Shown piece by piece: positions 29,306 through 39,900 of a stretch of 64,000 bases of DNA. Position numbers and translations under genes: made by a program. Positions within the stretch are counted from its first letter, which is position 1, and the number at the start of each line of letters is the position of its first letter. This stretch comes from an uncultured bacterium (GTDB lineage Bacteria; UBA8481), in NCBI GenBank assembly GCA_964548165.1, contig CAZJQD010000013.1:12454-76453 (forward strand), written 5' to 3'. The notes beneath the pieces were generated by a model that saw only the letters and a list, made by a program, of their open reading frames with translations, was not told the origin of the DNA and ran no database searches.

Positions 29306-29920
29306 ATGGGCGCACTTTCGCGACGGAGGTATCATCCCTCCGTGACCACGTTCGTCCGACCAGCTCTCTTCCTGTTCACAGGCATGGTCCTGGTCCTATT
29401 CGCCTACCAGGCGATCGCCATCGAGGACTTCGGGTCACGAGCACTTCCGGAGCCGGCGGATGTCATCATCGTGCTGGGGCCACGTCTCAGCGGCGAGCGA
29501 TTGGACGCGCTCGGCGCCGCGCGCGCTGCAGCCGCTGCCCGCTGCTGGCACGACGGCCGCGCTCCCGTCATCCTGGCTACCGGTGGCACGGTTTCACCGG
29601 GAACGATTCCCGAAGGAGAAGCCCTGCGGAGGGAACTCGTGGGCCTGGGAGTTCAGGGCGAGTCGATCCTCGTCGAGGTGGGATCTCACAGCACGCTCGA
29701 GAACCTCAGGGCGGCGCACGCGATCATGCGAACCCGGGGGTGGCAGCGCGCCCTCGTCGTTTCCAATCGGTTTCATCTTCGCCGCGCCTCCAAGCTGGCG
29801 GAGCGGATCGGCATGGTCGCCACGGTTACCGGAGAGGACCCGCAGGATCCGTCGTGGTCGCTCTATGCCTGGTGGCTGCCGCGGGAGGTTGCGGCCAGCC
29901 TCTATTACGGCATCTGGTAG
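29306..29920 (+). CDS. DUF218 / YdcF (SanA-ElyC) family protein
   Basis: IIVLGPRL...LVEVGSHSTLENLRAAHAIM...ALVVSNRFHLRRA; start ambiguous (ATG 29306, GTG 29342 or ATG 29384). Confidence 0.65.
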   Translation: MGALSRRRYHPSVTTFVRPALFLFTGMVLVLFAYQAIAIEDFGSRALPEPADVIIVLGPRLSGERLDALGAARAAAAARCWHDGRAPVILATGGTVSPGTIPEGEALRRELVGLGVQGESILVEVGSHSTLENLRAAHAIMRTRGWQRALVVSNRFHLRRASKLAERIGMVATVTGEDPQDPSWSLYAWWLPREVAASLYYGIW

Positions 29921-30071
29921 CCGGGGTTAGAAACACGCCCCGTAACACCAAATATTTCAGATGCTGGCGTCTTGGACGTGGGCGCAAACGGCTGGTCAAG
30001 GATTCCAATTTACTCCTGAACGCTACGAACCCTTCATTTTTTAGGCATTTATACCGAAATACCGAGAGATC

Positions 30072-30917
30072 GTGCCCAGTCTCCTCCATCACTATCTCCG
30101 CGCCCGGCGACGGCCGCTCCTTGAGGGGATCGAGACCGTGGCCCTGGCTCTCCTGCTCTCCTGGGTGCTCAGGCTCGTGGCCTTCCAGGCCTTCTACATT
30201 CCTTCGCGTTCCATGGCGGAGACGTTGATGCCCTTCGACCACATTGTCGCCGAGAAGATCACTTACCGCCTGCGGGAGCCTCGGCGCGGCGAGATCGTGA
30301 TCTTCGATTTCAGTCTCTCGGCTTCCGGGGGCCTGCTTCCTGGCGCGGTGCCGGCCGAGGCCACCGGGTCCGACGATGAGGACCGCCACCTGGCGAAACC
30401 CGAGGAGTCGGGTTGGTTCGAGCGCATGGCGGGCTCGCGCGGAGCCCGCGACCGGCGGGAATTCGTCAAGCGCGTCATCGGCGTGGCCGGGGATGAGATC
30501 GATTACCGGGACGGCATCCTCCGCGTGAACGGGATCCGCCAGCGCGAGACCTATCTCGGTTCGGCCGGAGCGGACGGCGCTGACCGCGGCGCCTGGGCTG
30601 CGCGCGTGCCGGGCCGGCGACTCTCCTTCACGGAGAGCGGCGTGAAGATCGACGGGCGCGCGCTCGATGCGGTTCTGCCGCCCGAGATTCCCCCGTCCTC
30701 GATCGTGGACCGATCGCCGGCCAACTTCGTCCGCCTGCGGGGAGGCGGTATCGGGATCCTGCGCATCCATGTGCCTGCCGGCCACCTGTACGTGATGGGC
30801 GACAATCGCCCCGAGAGCGCCGATTCGCGCTGGTTCGGCTTTCTGCCCGTGGCCGCCGTTCATGGTCGCGCTCTCTTCACCTACTGGCCGCTGTCGCGGC
30901 TCTCGTCGCTCTCTTGA
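30072..30917 (+). CDS. lepB: Signal peptidase I
   Basis: IPSRSMAETL (box B), KRVIGVAGDEI (box D), GDNRPESADSRWFG (box E). Confidence 0.85.
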   Translation: MPSLLHHYLRARRRPLLEGIETVALALLLSWVLRLVAFQAFYIPSRSMAETLMPFDHIVAEKITYRLREPRRGEIVIFDFSLSASGGLLPGAVPAEATGSDDEDRHLAKPEESGWFERMAGSRGARDRREFVKRVIGVAGDEIDYRDGILRVNGIRQRETYLGSAGADGADRGAWAARVPGRRLSFTESGVKIDGRALDAVLPPEIPPSSIVDRSPANFVRLRGGGIGILRIHVPAGHLYVMGDNRPESADSRWFGFLPVAAVHGRALFTYWPLSRLSSLS

Positions 30918-32947
30918 GCGTCCGCCCGGGCAGCGCCTCGCCGCCGCCCTCGCCCGCTTCCCCACCGGCCGGCAGCTGGCGCATTCTCCTCCTGCTTGTC
31001 CTGACGCTCGTCGGTCTCCTCGTCGTGGCGCGTGCCCTGTATACCATCCAGGTAACCCAGCACGAGGCCTACCTGGAGAGGGCGATGAACCAGTGGACGA
31101 GCGATCGCAAGATCGAGCGCCAGCGGGGCACCATCTACGATCGCCGGGGCAAGGAACTGGCGATCTCGCTGCGCCGCTGGTCCTTGTCCTTCAATCCGAG
31201 CCTGGCGGAAACTCCAGAGGAACGGCGCGAGATCGCGCGAAAGCTCGCGCCGATCCTTGACCTCAAGACCACGGAAATCATGGAAAAGATGGATCGCGGC
31301 GGTCGCCAGTTCGCCTGGATTGCCCGGCGACTCGAGGAGGGCCCGAAGCGGCGCATCGAGGACCTGCGCATCGACGGCGCCCGCATCAAGGCGCTCCATT
31401 TGTCGCCGGAATACCAGCGCTACTACCCTCACGACAGCACGGCCGCTCACATCCTGGGCTTCGTCGGATCCGACGACATGGGCCTGGAAGGCGTGGAGAG
31501 GGCCCAGAACGCGATCCTGGCCGGGCCTCCGGTCGAAGGCGAGTTCTTCAGCGATAACCTGGGCAATCCGATCCCCGTGGATGGGATCATCCGCTATCCC
31601 CAGTTCGACGGTCGCAACGTGCACCTGACGATCGACCTGGTGATCCAGGCGTCCCTGGAGCAGGCCCTGGAAGCGGCGGTCACGCAATACAACGCCAAGA
31701 GCGCCTCAGGAGTCGTCGTCGACCCGCAGACCGGCGAGGTCCTCGCCCTGGCGAATCTTCCGACGTACGACCTGAACGAGGCGCGCAGAGTCGAGCCCGA
31801 TGTGCGGCGCAACCGCGCCATCACGGACGTCTTCGAGCCGGGATCGACCTTCAAGATCTTCTCGGGCGCGCTGGGCCTGGCTAACGGCCTGGTGACGGCC
31901 AGCGAGATGTTCACATGTCCCGGCTCCTTCGCGCTCCCGGGCCATCCCGTGAAGTGCCACCACGCTCACGGCGCCATCGATTACCGCCGCGCGATCGAGG
32001 TCTCCTGCAACGTCGTGGCGATCACGGTCTGCCAGCGCCTGACCCCCGGCGTGCTCTACGAGGGGCTCCGGGCCTACGGATTCGGCGCCCGAACCGGCAT
32101 CGATCTCCCGGGCGAGGCCGCGGGCGTCGTGAGGGCGCCCGGCGCCTGGTCGGGTCTCTCGCAGGGCATGATCGCGATTGGTCACGAGGTCTCGGTCTCC
32201 ACGATCCAGCTCGCGATGGCGACCGCGGCGATGTCCAACGGCGGAAGGCTCCTGGTGCCCCGCATTGTGCAGAGCATCCGGGACCAGGAGGGAAGGGCGC
32301 TCGCTACCTTCGCGCCCGAGGTACGCGCCCACCCGGTCGACCCTTCGACCTCCCGCCTCATGGGCCAGATCATGAGCGGCTCCGTGCGGCAAGGCACGGG
32401 CCAGCGCGCCACCGTGGCCGGGTTCATGGTCTCGGGCAAGACGGGCACGGCCCAGATCTCGGGCCCCCAGGGCGGCTACATCCGCGGCCGGTACAACGCG
32501 GTCTTCATCGGGTGGACGCCGACGGACGCGCCCGTCCTGGCGATGGCCATTGTCGTCCGCGATCCCGATCCCTCGAAGGGGTATTACGGCGGCGAGGTGG
32601 CGGCGCCTGTCTTCGGCCGCGTGGGCACGGAAGTGATGCGCTACCTGAGGATCGCCGCGGCGGGCGGACGGGACACGCACTTCGCGCGACCCGTGCCCGC
32701 CCCGATGGCGCGTCGCGAGGGCGCCGTGCGCGGTCGTTTCGTCGAGGCCCCCGACTTCATCGGCCTGACGCTGCGCGAGGCCCACGAGCTGGCGGGTCGG
32801 CTACCCATCACCCTTTCGCCTGCGGGCTCGGGCGTGGCCTCCTCGCAGTCGGTTCCGCCGGGAACGCTCGTGCCTCTCGACGCCGCGATCAAGGTCCAGT
32901 TCAGCCCGCCGGGCGAAGCGTCGTCGCTGGCCGATATCGCGCCGTGA
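30914..32947 (+). CDS. Class B penicillin-binding protein (peptidoglycan D,D-transpeptidase, PBP2/FtsI-like) with a C-terminal PASTA-like domain
   Basis: STFK, SCN and KTGTA motifs. Located outside the dcw cluster. Confidence 0.85.
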   Translation: MSVRPGSASPPPSPASPPAGSWRILLLLVLTLVGLLVVARALYTIQVTQHEAYLERAMNQWTSDRKIERQRGTIYDRRGKELAISLRRWSLSFNPSLAETPEERREIARKLAPILDLKTTEIMEKMDRGGRQFAWIARRLEEGPKRRIEDLRIDGARIKALHLSPEYQRYYPHDSTAAHILGFVGSDDMGLEGVERAQNAILAGPPVEGEFFSDNLGNPIPVDGIIRYPQFDGRNVHLTIDLVIQASLEQALEAAVTQYNAKSASGVVVDPQTGEVLALANLPTYDLNEARRVEPDVRRNRAITDVFEPGSTFKIFSGALGLANGLVTASEMFTCPGSFALPGHPVKCHHAHGAIDYRRAIEVSCNVVAITVCQRLTPGVLYEGLRAYGFGARTGIDLPGEAAGVVRAPGAWSGLSQGMIAIGHEVSVSTIQLAMATAAMSNGGRLLVPRIVQSIRDQEGRALATFAPEVRAHPVDPSTSRLMGQIMSGSVRQGTGQRATVAGFMVSGKTGTAQISGPQGGYIRGRYNAVFIGWTPTDAPVLAMAIVVRDPDPSKGYYGGEVAAPVFGRVGTEVMRYLRIAAAGGRDTHFARPVPAPMARREGAVRGRFVEAPDFIGLTLREAHELAGRLPITLSPAGSGVASSQSVPPGTLVPLDAAIKVQFSPPGEASSLADIAP

Positions 32948-32969
32948 CGCGCGGGGGCTCACGGCCGGC

Positions 32970-34367
32970 ATGACGACGCCGCCGAGCGTCGCCTGGCGCG
33001 TGGACGTCGCGCGCAATGGGCGCGTCGCCTTGCGCCGGCCGGACGGTTCCTGGGCGGAGAGTCGCTTTGCTCCGGACATCGACGCCGCGCGCCGGATCGC
33101 CGAGGCCGGGGTCGCCCCGGGTGAACGCGTGCTGGTCCTGGGATGCGGGGCCGGCGAGCTCCCGGCGGCGGCGGCGCGCGCGGCGGCGCCTGGGGGAACG
33201 GTGATTGCCGCGGAACCTCACCCGGAAATTCGCGAGGCTCTCGTCGCGGCGCGGAGCCGAGCGGGGGCCGGCGATCTCCTGGCGGCGTGCTGGGCGTCGC
33301 CGGGCCTCTCCCAGCTGCCGGGCTCGCCGGAAACCCTGTCCGATTTCCTCTCGGCCGTCGCGGCCGCCGGTCCCTATGACCGGGTCGTCGTGCACCCGCA
33401 CCTGGAGCTCCCCGCCGGCTTCGAGATGCTGGAGCAGAGGCTGGCGGATATCGAGGTGCGTCGCCGCTCCGGCTACCGGTTCCAGGCCTTCCTGGCGGCG
33501 AACGTCGCGACGAACCGCGAGCGGTTTCTCGCGGCGCCCGGCGTGCGCGAGCTCGCCGGCCTCCTGGCGGGGGAGGACGTCGTCATCGCCGGCGGCGGAC
33601 CGAGCCTGTCGCCGTTGGCGGAAGCGATCGGAACGGGGGCCCACTGGATCGCCGTCGGGACCGCGCTGGCGCCCTTGGCCGCCGCAGGGATTGCGCCGCA
33701 TCTCGTCGTCATCACCGATCCCCAGCCGCGCGTGGCCGCCTCGCTGACGGCGCTCGACGAGCGCCGGCGCCCGCCGCTCGTCTGCTTCCCCACGACGTCG
33801 GCCGTGGCCGTGGCGGCGGCGCCGCGCCTGATCGCGGCCTTCCCCGAGGGAGACGGCGATCGCCAGCTGGCGCCCTTACGCGAGGAGATCGGCGAGCTCC
33901 CGGCCGGGGGCACGGTCGTCACTTCCGCGATCGGCCTGGCCTGGATCCTCGGCGCCGCGCGCATATTCCTCGCGGGCGTCGACCTCGTCGAGACGGCGAC
34001 GCGCTCGCACGCCGACGCGTCGCCCCATGCCGCGGAACGACTCGCAGGCCTCATGCGCTTCGCGTCCCTGGAGGAACGAGCCCGGGGGCGGGAGGCGCGC
34101 CTGGGGGAGTCGGGGGACCGGATCGAGGTGGCGACGGCCGAGGGCGGTCGCGCCCACTCGCGGAGGAACCTGGCGCTCTATGCGCGAGCCATCGCCGACC
34201 TCGCTCGCCGCCGTCCCGACGTCGCCGTGATCCAGTTGAATCCCGGCGCGATCGCGATGCCCGGGGTATCGCTCGATCCGGCCGCGCGCCCCGCGGTCTC
34301 GGTGCGCCAGTTCCTCGTTCCCACGGGAGCGCGAACCCGTGAGAATGGCGGCCTGCTATGCGCGTAG
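32970..34367 (+). CDS. Motility accessory factor (Maf)-like protein, MptE-like / DUF115 domain
   Basis: VVIAGGGPSLSPLAEAIGTGAHWIAVGTALAPLAAAGIAPHLVVITDPQ. Confidence 0.6.
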   Translation: MTTPPSVAWRVDVARNGRVALRRPDGSWAESRFAPDIDAARRIAEAGVAPGERVLVLGCGAGELPAAAARAAAPGGTVIAAEPHPEIREALVAARSRAGAGDLLAACWASPGLSQLPGSPETLSDFLSAVAAAGPYDRVVVHPHLELPAGFEMLEQRLADIEVRRRSGYRFQAFLAANVATNRERFLAAPGVRELAGLLAGEDVVIAGGGPSLSPLAEAIGTGAHWIAVGTALAPLAAAGIAPHLVVITDPQPRVAASLTALDERRRPPLVCFPTTSAVAVAAAPRLIAAFPEGDGDRQLAPLREEIGELPAGGTVVTSAIGLAWILGAARIFLAGVDLVETATRSHADASPHAAERLAGLMRFASLEERARGREARLGESGDRIEVATAEGGRAHSRRNLALYARAIADLARRRPDVAVIQLNPGAIAMPGVSLDPAARPAVSVRQFLVPTGARTRENGGLLCA

Positions 34368-35920
34368 TTGTCTCGAAGAGCGGAGCGCCGACCCTGGCCC
34401 TCGGGGATCGGTATCTTCATTCCGCGTATGATCCCGTGCGCGAGGCGCGACGCGAGGTCGAGGCCCTCGTGCCCGACAACCCGTCGCTAGTCGTCATTCT
34501 CGGCATGGGGCTTGCGTACGCCGTCGACGCCGCGCTGGAGCTCATGCCCGGCGCGCAGATTCTCGTCATCGAGTCGAGCGAGGAGATCCACCGGCTGGCG
34601 GCAGAGACGCGAGCGCTCCCGGACGACCCCCGGGTCACCTGGATCATCGGGAAGCATGCCGACGCCAACTTCGAGGCCCTGACGTACACGATCGACGCCG
34701 TGGCCGCCGTCGGGACGCGCTACCTGACGCGGCTGGCCGCGCTGAATGACGATCCCGATGCGGCCGCCTACTACGCGCGGGTGGTCGACACGATCGGCCG
34801 GATCGCGGCCATGCACGTGGAGGGATTGCGATCGATGGCCCAATGGGGGCCCCTCTGGTGGGAAAACTCCGTGCGTAACGCGCGCGAGTGGGCGACGCGC
34901 CCCGATGTCGGCGGCTGGTTCGGACCCGCCCTGGGGAAGGGCCAGGCCGTCTTTGTCTTCGCCGCCGGTCCCACGCTTTCCGATCACCTCGATCGATTCG
35001 TCGGACAGGAAGGCGGCATCCGGTTCGTCGTCGACACCGCCTACGAGACGGTGCGCCGGGCGGGGGTGCGCGTCGACGTCGTCTTTGCCGTCGACGCCCA
35101 GGCCCAGACGCTGGCGCATTTTGCGCATGCGCGCCCCGCCTGCCTTGTCGCCGCGCCCGTCGTCCCGCCGTCTCTCTGGGGCATGGCCGGGGATGCGCTT
35201 CTCACGTCCCTCGACGGGCCTCACTTCGCCTGGTGGGATCGCGCTCTCGGTCGCCCCGTCGCCCGCCTGAAGTCCGGCGGATCCGTGACCACCTTCGCCT
35301 TCGACCTGGCGCGCCGCATGAATCCCGACGCCGTGGTCCTCGTCGGCGCCGATTTTGCGCATCGCGGGTCCCGCCGTCACGTCGGGGGAACCGCCTACGA
35401 GACGGGGGACGTGGCCCGCGTCGCGCGGTTCCTCCCGCTGGAGCGCCTGGCCCGGCGCGAGGCGTTTCGGCACGCGGGTCACGCGACGGAGCCGGTGCTG
35501 GCGCAATACGCGCAGTGGATGCTCTGGGAGATCCACGCCACGCGTTGTCCCGTCTACCGGATGAGCGACTTCGGCCTGCTTGCCGGCGTCCCCGTGGCCG
35601 CGCCCTCGAACCTCGATCCGTGGCTGGCCGCGCCCGCGCCGTCGCTCAGGGTTCCCCGGTCGAGGCTCGGCGACATCAAGCCTCTCTGGTCCGCGCTCGC
35701 GGACGAGCGTCGCGCACTCGGAAAGGCCCTGGAGGGATCGGACGAGCACCTGGCGGCCCTGTCGGGATTTTTCGATCTCCTCGTCCGGCCCTGGGCGGTC
35801 GCCTCCATGCGCGAAGGCTTCAGCGGCGAGGCCCGCGATGCCCTGCGCGGCGCGCTCGCGACAGCGGCCTCCGTGCTTGACGACGTCCTCGACCGACGAG
35901 ACGGTCCCGAACGCGCTTGA
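34358..35920 (+). CDS. Motility accessory factor (Maf)-like protein, MptE-like / DUF115 domain
   Basis: N-terminus SKSGAPTLALGDRYLHSAYDPVREA, core VFVFAAGPTLSDHLDRFVGQEGGIRFVVDTAYETVRRAGVRVDVVFAVDAQ. Confidence 0.7.
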   Translation: MRVVVSKSGAPTLALGDRYLHSAYDPVREARREVEALVPDNPSLVVILGMGLAYAVDAALELMPGAQILVIESSEEIHRLAAETRALPDDPRVTWIIGKHADANFEALTYTIDAVAAVGTRYLTRLAALNDDPDAAAYYARVVDTIGRIAAMHVEGLRSMAQWGPLWWENSVRNAREWATRPDVGGWFGPALGKGQAVFVFAAGPTLSDHLDRFVGQEGGIRFVVDTAYETVRRAGVRVDVVFAVDAQAQTLAHFAHARPACLVAAPVVPPSLWGMAGDALLTSLDGPHFAWWDRALGRPVARLKSGGSVTTFAFDLARRMNPDAVVLVGADFAHRGSRRHVGGTAYETGDVARVARFLPLERLARREAFRHAGHATEPVLAQYAQWMLWEIHATRCPVYRMSDFGLLAGVPVAAPSNLDPWLAAPAPSLRVPRSRLGDIKPLWSALADERRALGKALEGSDEHLAALSGFFDLLVRPWAVASMREGFSGEARDALRGALATAASVLDDVLDRRDGPERA

Positions 35921-36054
35921 ACGCGGCGCTGTTGGCCCTGCTCATGGGCGCGCTGTCGTTTCTTGCCTTATGATCGCTGACTGCCTATGGTCATCCCTGA
36001 TGCATCCAGGTTCGCGCATGTCACTGCCAGGCGCGTCGCTCAACCGAGGAATCC

Positions 36055-36585
36055 ATGCAGTGTCCTGACTGCAAGGTGATCTTGTCTTGTCACAAGATTG
36101 GCAGCCACGCGCTTCAATCCTGCGGGGCATGCCGTGGGGTTTGGATCGACCATGATGAGGCATTGTCCTTGTCTCGGTCCATCCGGAGGGGGGCTTCGTA
36201 TGCCCGCCTTGAGCGGCAGCGTGTCGTCTCTGGTATTCGCCGCTGCGGGCGTTGTGCTGACGCCCCGATGTCGGTGGTGCGCTATCGCAATCATGAAGTC
36301 GATATATGCTCATCCTGCAAGGGCATATGGATCGACGCGGACGAGATCAAACCCATTATCCATCGCTTCTCGGCGCAGCCTGATGACAAGGGCAAAAGAG
36401 CGGATGTCGCCGCCTCGTCCGCGCAAGCGCCTTCCGCATGGCAAACGGTGGGTGATGGCACCCTGTGGTTTCCCTATGAACTTCTCGATGGTGTCGGAGA
36501 GATCGTGTACTACGGGGCGGATGCCGCTGCGGATATTGGCGGTGCGATTTTGGAGATCATCGTCGGCGTGGTTTCGTCATCGTGA
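36055..36585 (+). CDS. Tandem zinc-ribbon protein (two CPxC...CxxCxGxWID motifs, zf-TFIIB-like bacterial zinc ribbon)
   Basis: CPDCK...CGACRGVWIDHDE and CGRC...CSSCKGIWIDADE. Confidence 0.55.
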   Translation: MQCPDCKVILSCHKIGSHALQSCGACRGVWIDHDEALSLSRSIRRGASYARLERQRVVSGIRRCGRCADAPMSVVRYRNHEVDICSSCKGIWIDADEIKPIIHRFSAQPDDKGKRADVAASSAQAPSAWQTVGDGTLWFPYELLDGVGEIVYYGADAAADIGGAILEIIVGVVSSS

Positions 36586-36619
36586 TGCTTGTTGCAGCGA
36601 TGTCGCCGGGGACTCGCGC

Positions 36620-36967
36620 GTGAAGTGGTACTGCCCGAATTGCGTCAACGAAGACGCGTCCGGGTATACGCATTGCTTGGATTGCGGCACGGAATTGACG
36701 ACGGAGAAGCCCGTCGCTCCGCCCCCGCAAGAGCCCGAAACCGCCCTTGCCGGCGTGTTTTACATGCCGCTTGATGCCGACATCGCGAAAGGCATTCTGG
36801 ACGCCGAAGACATTCCTTGCATCTTGTGCGACGACAACACGATCGCGGCCAACAACTTGCTGGGCATGGCGCTCGGGGGAATTAAGCTCCTGGTCCACCG
36901 GGACAACCTGGATTTCGCCGTGCAGCTTCTCCGTGAACGTCATCCTGCGAGTTTTCGAGACCAGTAG
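36620..36967 (+). CDS. Small zinc-ribbon protein with a DUF2007-like C-terminal domain
   Basis: VKWYCPNCVNEDASGYTHCLDCGTEL followed by DADIAKGILDAEDIPCILCDD...KLLVHRDNLDFAVQLL. GTG start. Confidence 0.45.
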   Translation: MKWYCPNCVNEDASGYTHCLDCGTELTTEKPVAPPPQEPETALAGVFYMPLDADIAKGILDAEDIPCILCDDNTIAANNLLGMALGGIKLLVHRDNLDFAVQLLRERHPASFRDQ

Positions 36968-36968
36968 G

Positions 36969-39900
36969 GTGACCATTCATCCGGCCAACGAGCGGCATTT
37001 CGTGTCGCGCCCGCAATTCCGCGCCGCGCTGGCCGCCGCGGCCGGAACCTGGTCGCTCGAATCTTCCCGCCATGGCGCACCCGTACCCGTTCGCGTCGCC
37101 GACGGGCGGTGGCTCCTGTCGCGCTATGACCCCGAGAAGGAGACGGCGCGGTGGCTGGCGACCCAGAATATCGCTCCCGACGAGCTTCCCGTCTTCATCG
37201 GGTTCAATCCATACATCCCGGGCGCCCTGGTGAACCGGCCGATCGTCATGGTGGAGAAGGACGCGGGGCTCGTCGCCGCCTGCCTCGCGGGGATGGACCT
37301 GGGAGTCGCGCTCGAAGGCGTCTCGATCGTCCTCGATGAGAGCGGCTACCAGATGATGTCGGCCGTCCGCAATGCCAACGACGTCTTCCGCCATCGCCGC
37401 CTCCGGCTCCTGCCTCTGCCCACGGCGGAGGACACGGCGTGGGTGAAGTCGGTGCTCGAACATGGCGTGAAGATCCAGCGCGAGCTCAGCCTCAACGCCA
37501 TCTCCTATTCCTGCCAGCTCCCCAAGTGGATCTCGACCGTGCGCGCCAACCTGGCGACGATGATGAACGGGCCGGACGGGCGCTCGGTGTACGGGAGCCT
37601 CAACGGGGCGACTGCCATCCTGGTGGGGGCCGGCCCCTCGCTCGAGAAGAACATCGATCAACTCGCCGCCTGCCGCGGCCGCGCGCTCATCATCGCCGTG
37701 GACACGGCCTTGAGGCGCCTGGACCGCGCCGGGATCATTCCCGACGTCACGGTCGCCGTCGACGCGAACGACGCGAACGCGCGGGACGTCGACGGGCTGG
37801 GGGAGCGCCTGCTGGAAGAGAGCATCCTGGCGGCCGATCCGATCGTGGCGCCGGCGGTCGTCAGGGCCTTTCGCGGCCCGCGCACCTTCTTCCGGTCGAT
37901 CAACTTCACGTTCGACCTGGAGGGCAACGCGGTCCCGATGGTCGAGCCGCTGGATTTTCTTCTTCATGAGATAGCCGGCCGGAACGTGATCGCGGCCTGG
38001 CAGAGCGGGGGGTCGGTCTCCACGAACGCCTTCAACCTCTGCCACCTGCTCGGCGTCTCCCGCGTGGTCCTGGTGGGGCAGGATCTTGCGTTCACGGAGG
38101 GGCGGGCGCATTCGTCCGGCGTCGGTCACGAGGACGAGCACGCCGGCCGCATGCTCGGCCGGTTCCGATCGCGCGAGATGCTGGTGCGCATGGCCACGCG
38201 GGATGGGGACTTTCTCGTTCCGGGCTGGAATGGCGGCATGGTACGGACCAACGAGGTCCTCAGGGAGTATCTCAACTGGTTCGAGATGACGATGGAGCAT
38301 GGATTCGGGCGCGTCTTCGCCGAGGTCATCGACGCGTCTGAGGGAGGCGCTTCCAAGAAGGGCATGACTCGGTCCACGCTCGCGGACGCCCTGAAGCGGC
38401 TGCCGGAAACGGGCGATCCGGCGGTGGCCCTGAGGCGGGCCCTGGCCGGCGCCGAGCCGGCCGGGGCTCCGGGCTGGGAGCGGCGCGTGGTGGCGTTCGT
38501 CGAGAAACTGCGGCGGCTGGCCGGCGCATCGCCCGAGGCCGTGACGCGCGAGCTGCCCCTGGCCCCTTGGCTTGTCCTGCCCGCGTGGATCGGGAGCTTC
38601 GACATGGATCCCGAGGATCGGCGGGCCGTGCAGAGCGGGGGCATCTCCAGTGCCGTGGACTTTCTCCTGAAGGTCTTCTCCGGGATGGCGGCAGAGTTCG
38701 AAGCGTCCGCCAGGTTCGCGTCATCCGCGGGCGGTCCCGCACCGGCGTCGCCGCGCTCAGCGACCACCGCGGCGGCCACTGCGCCGCGCGCTCCCTCGCC
38801 ATTGCCGCCCGAGCCCGCCACGCCCGCGGGCCTTCACGTGACCGCGGCTGCCGACGGCTCGCCCATCCTCGCGCTGGCGACGGGAACCGGAGTTCGGCAT
38901 TTGGACGCAAGCGATCGACCCGCGGCGACGGCGCAGCAGCGAGTCGACCAGCTCGTGGCGGGCGGCCTCGATGGCGCGGGCCCGGAGGGGGCGCGCCCCG
39001 AGATGCTCGTGATCGTGGGCGTCGGCCTGGGGTATGAGCTGGAGGCCGCGGTCGCTCGGCGCGAGCTGACCGCGATCGTCCTGGTGGAGCCCGACGCGGG
39101 TGCGATCCGTCGTGCCCGGAAGATCAGGAACCTGGAGCACGCGCTCGCGGATCCGCGCGTGACGACCTTCATCGCTGAGAAGCCGCGGGCGATCTTCGAG
39201 CAACTGGCCGCGCGATTCGATCATGGCATGGAGTCGGGCCGGCACCTCGTGGTTCTGCCGCGCGCGCGGCGCATCGTTCACCCCTCGTGCGGCTTGGATC
39301 CCTCGGCCCTTGCCGCCGTCGAGGAACAGCTCGACGCGCTCCTCGTGGTCTCCGAGAGGAATCGCCGGACGCTGGCGCGTTTCGCCGAGCCCTGGCGGCG
39401 CAACATCCTCGCCAACATCCCCGCGATCCTGGCGGGAGGACGCCTGGCGGACCTGGAGGGCGCGGCGAAAGGGGTCCCCGCCGTCCTCCTCGCCGCCGGC
39501 CCCTCGCTCGACGGAGTCCTGGGCGAGCTCCGGCTGGAACTGGAGAAGCGAGGGGCCGCGCGACCGCTCGTCGTCGTCGTGGACACGGCGCTCAGAGCGG
39601 TGGCGAGGGCGGGGATCACGCCCGATCTCGTCGTGGCCGTCGACGCGTCCGACGAGAACCTGGGAGACTTCGAAGGCGTCTCGATCGACCAGGATCGGAC
39701 GGCGCTCGTCTACGTGCCGGTGGTGCATCCCGCGATCCCCGCGTTGTTCGCGCGCCGTTTCGCGACCAGCTATGGGCATCCGGTGCAGGTCTGGCTGGAG
39801 GAAGCGACGGGCCGCGCCTTCGGATCGCTCTCGATCTCGGGGAGCGTGGCCACGCTGGCTTATGATCTCCTGCGCTACCTGGGCGCCAAGCCCATCATCC

